NCBI RefSeq assembly: GCF_006345805.1
Contig: NC_043018.1
Coordinates: 20,088,001 to 20,152,000, forward strand
From: Octopus sinensis
Lineage: Eukaryota
Direction: 5' to 3'
Length of the DNA stretch: 64,000 nt
This document shows positions 63,874-64,000 of the stretch, piece after piece. The translations under genes and the position numbers were made by a program. Under the pieces are notes generated by a model, which was not told the DNA's origin, did no database searches, and was given only the letters and a program-made list of their open reading frames with translations. Within the stretch, counting starts at the first letter, position 1. Each line of letters starts with the position of its first letter.

Positions 63874-64000
63874 GTATTTGCATATACAGGTAGAGGACGT
63901 CACCGACTGTAAACAACACGAAATACGCAAACTGAATCAGAAACCATTTGGTTAGGAAGCAAACTTCTGACCACACAGTCACACTTGTGCCTACTATATA

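Overview
AT-rich, intergenic or intronic eukaryotic DNA dominated by microsatellites ((TA)n, (TAT)n, (CAT)n, (GATA)n, (CA)n) and several high-copy tRNA-derived SINE families. The repeat landscape resembles an octopus/coleoid cephalopod genome (inference). No intact protein-coding gene is supported; nearly all supplied ORFs are translations of simple repeats. Recognisable fossils: a DD37D (maT-type) Tc1/mariner transposase interrupted by a SINE, a hAT transposase fragment, R4/Dong- and CR1-type LINE ends, Helitron ends and piggyBac-type MITEs. There is a 100-N gap flanked by a ~1 kb duplicated overlap. The most notable signal is about a dozen minimal hammerhead-ribozyme motifs in at least four short non-coding repeat families. 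They occur as dispersed copies next to (TA)n tracts, as a 4 x ~313 bp tandem array and as fold-back inverted pairs, which suggests a Penelope-like-element/retrozyme-type system of self-cleaving RNAs. Family names SINE-A/B/C/D/F and E1/E2 are my own labels. Coordinates were read by eye and element ends may be off by a few bases.
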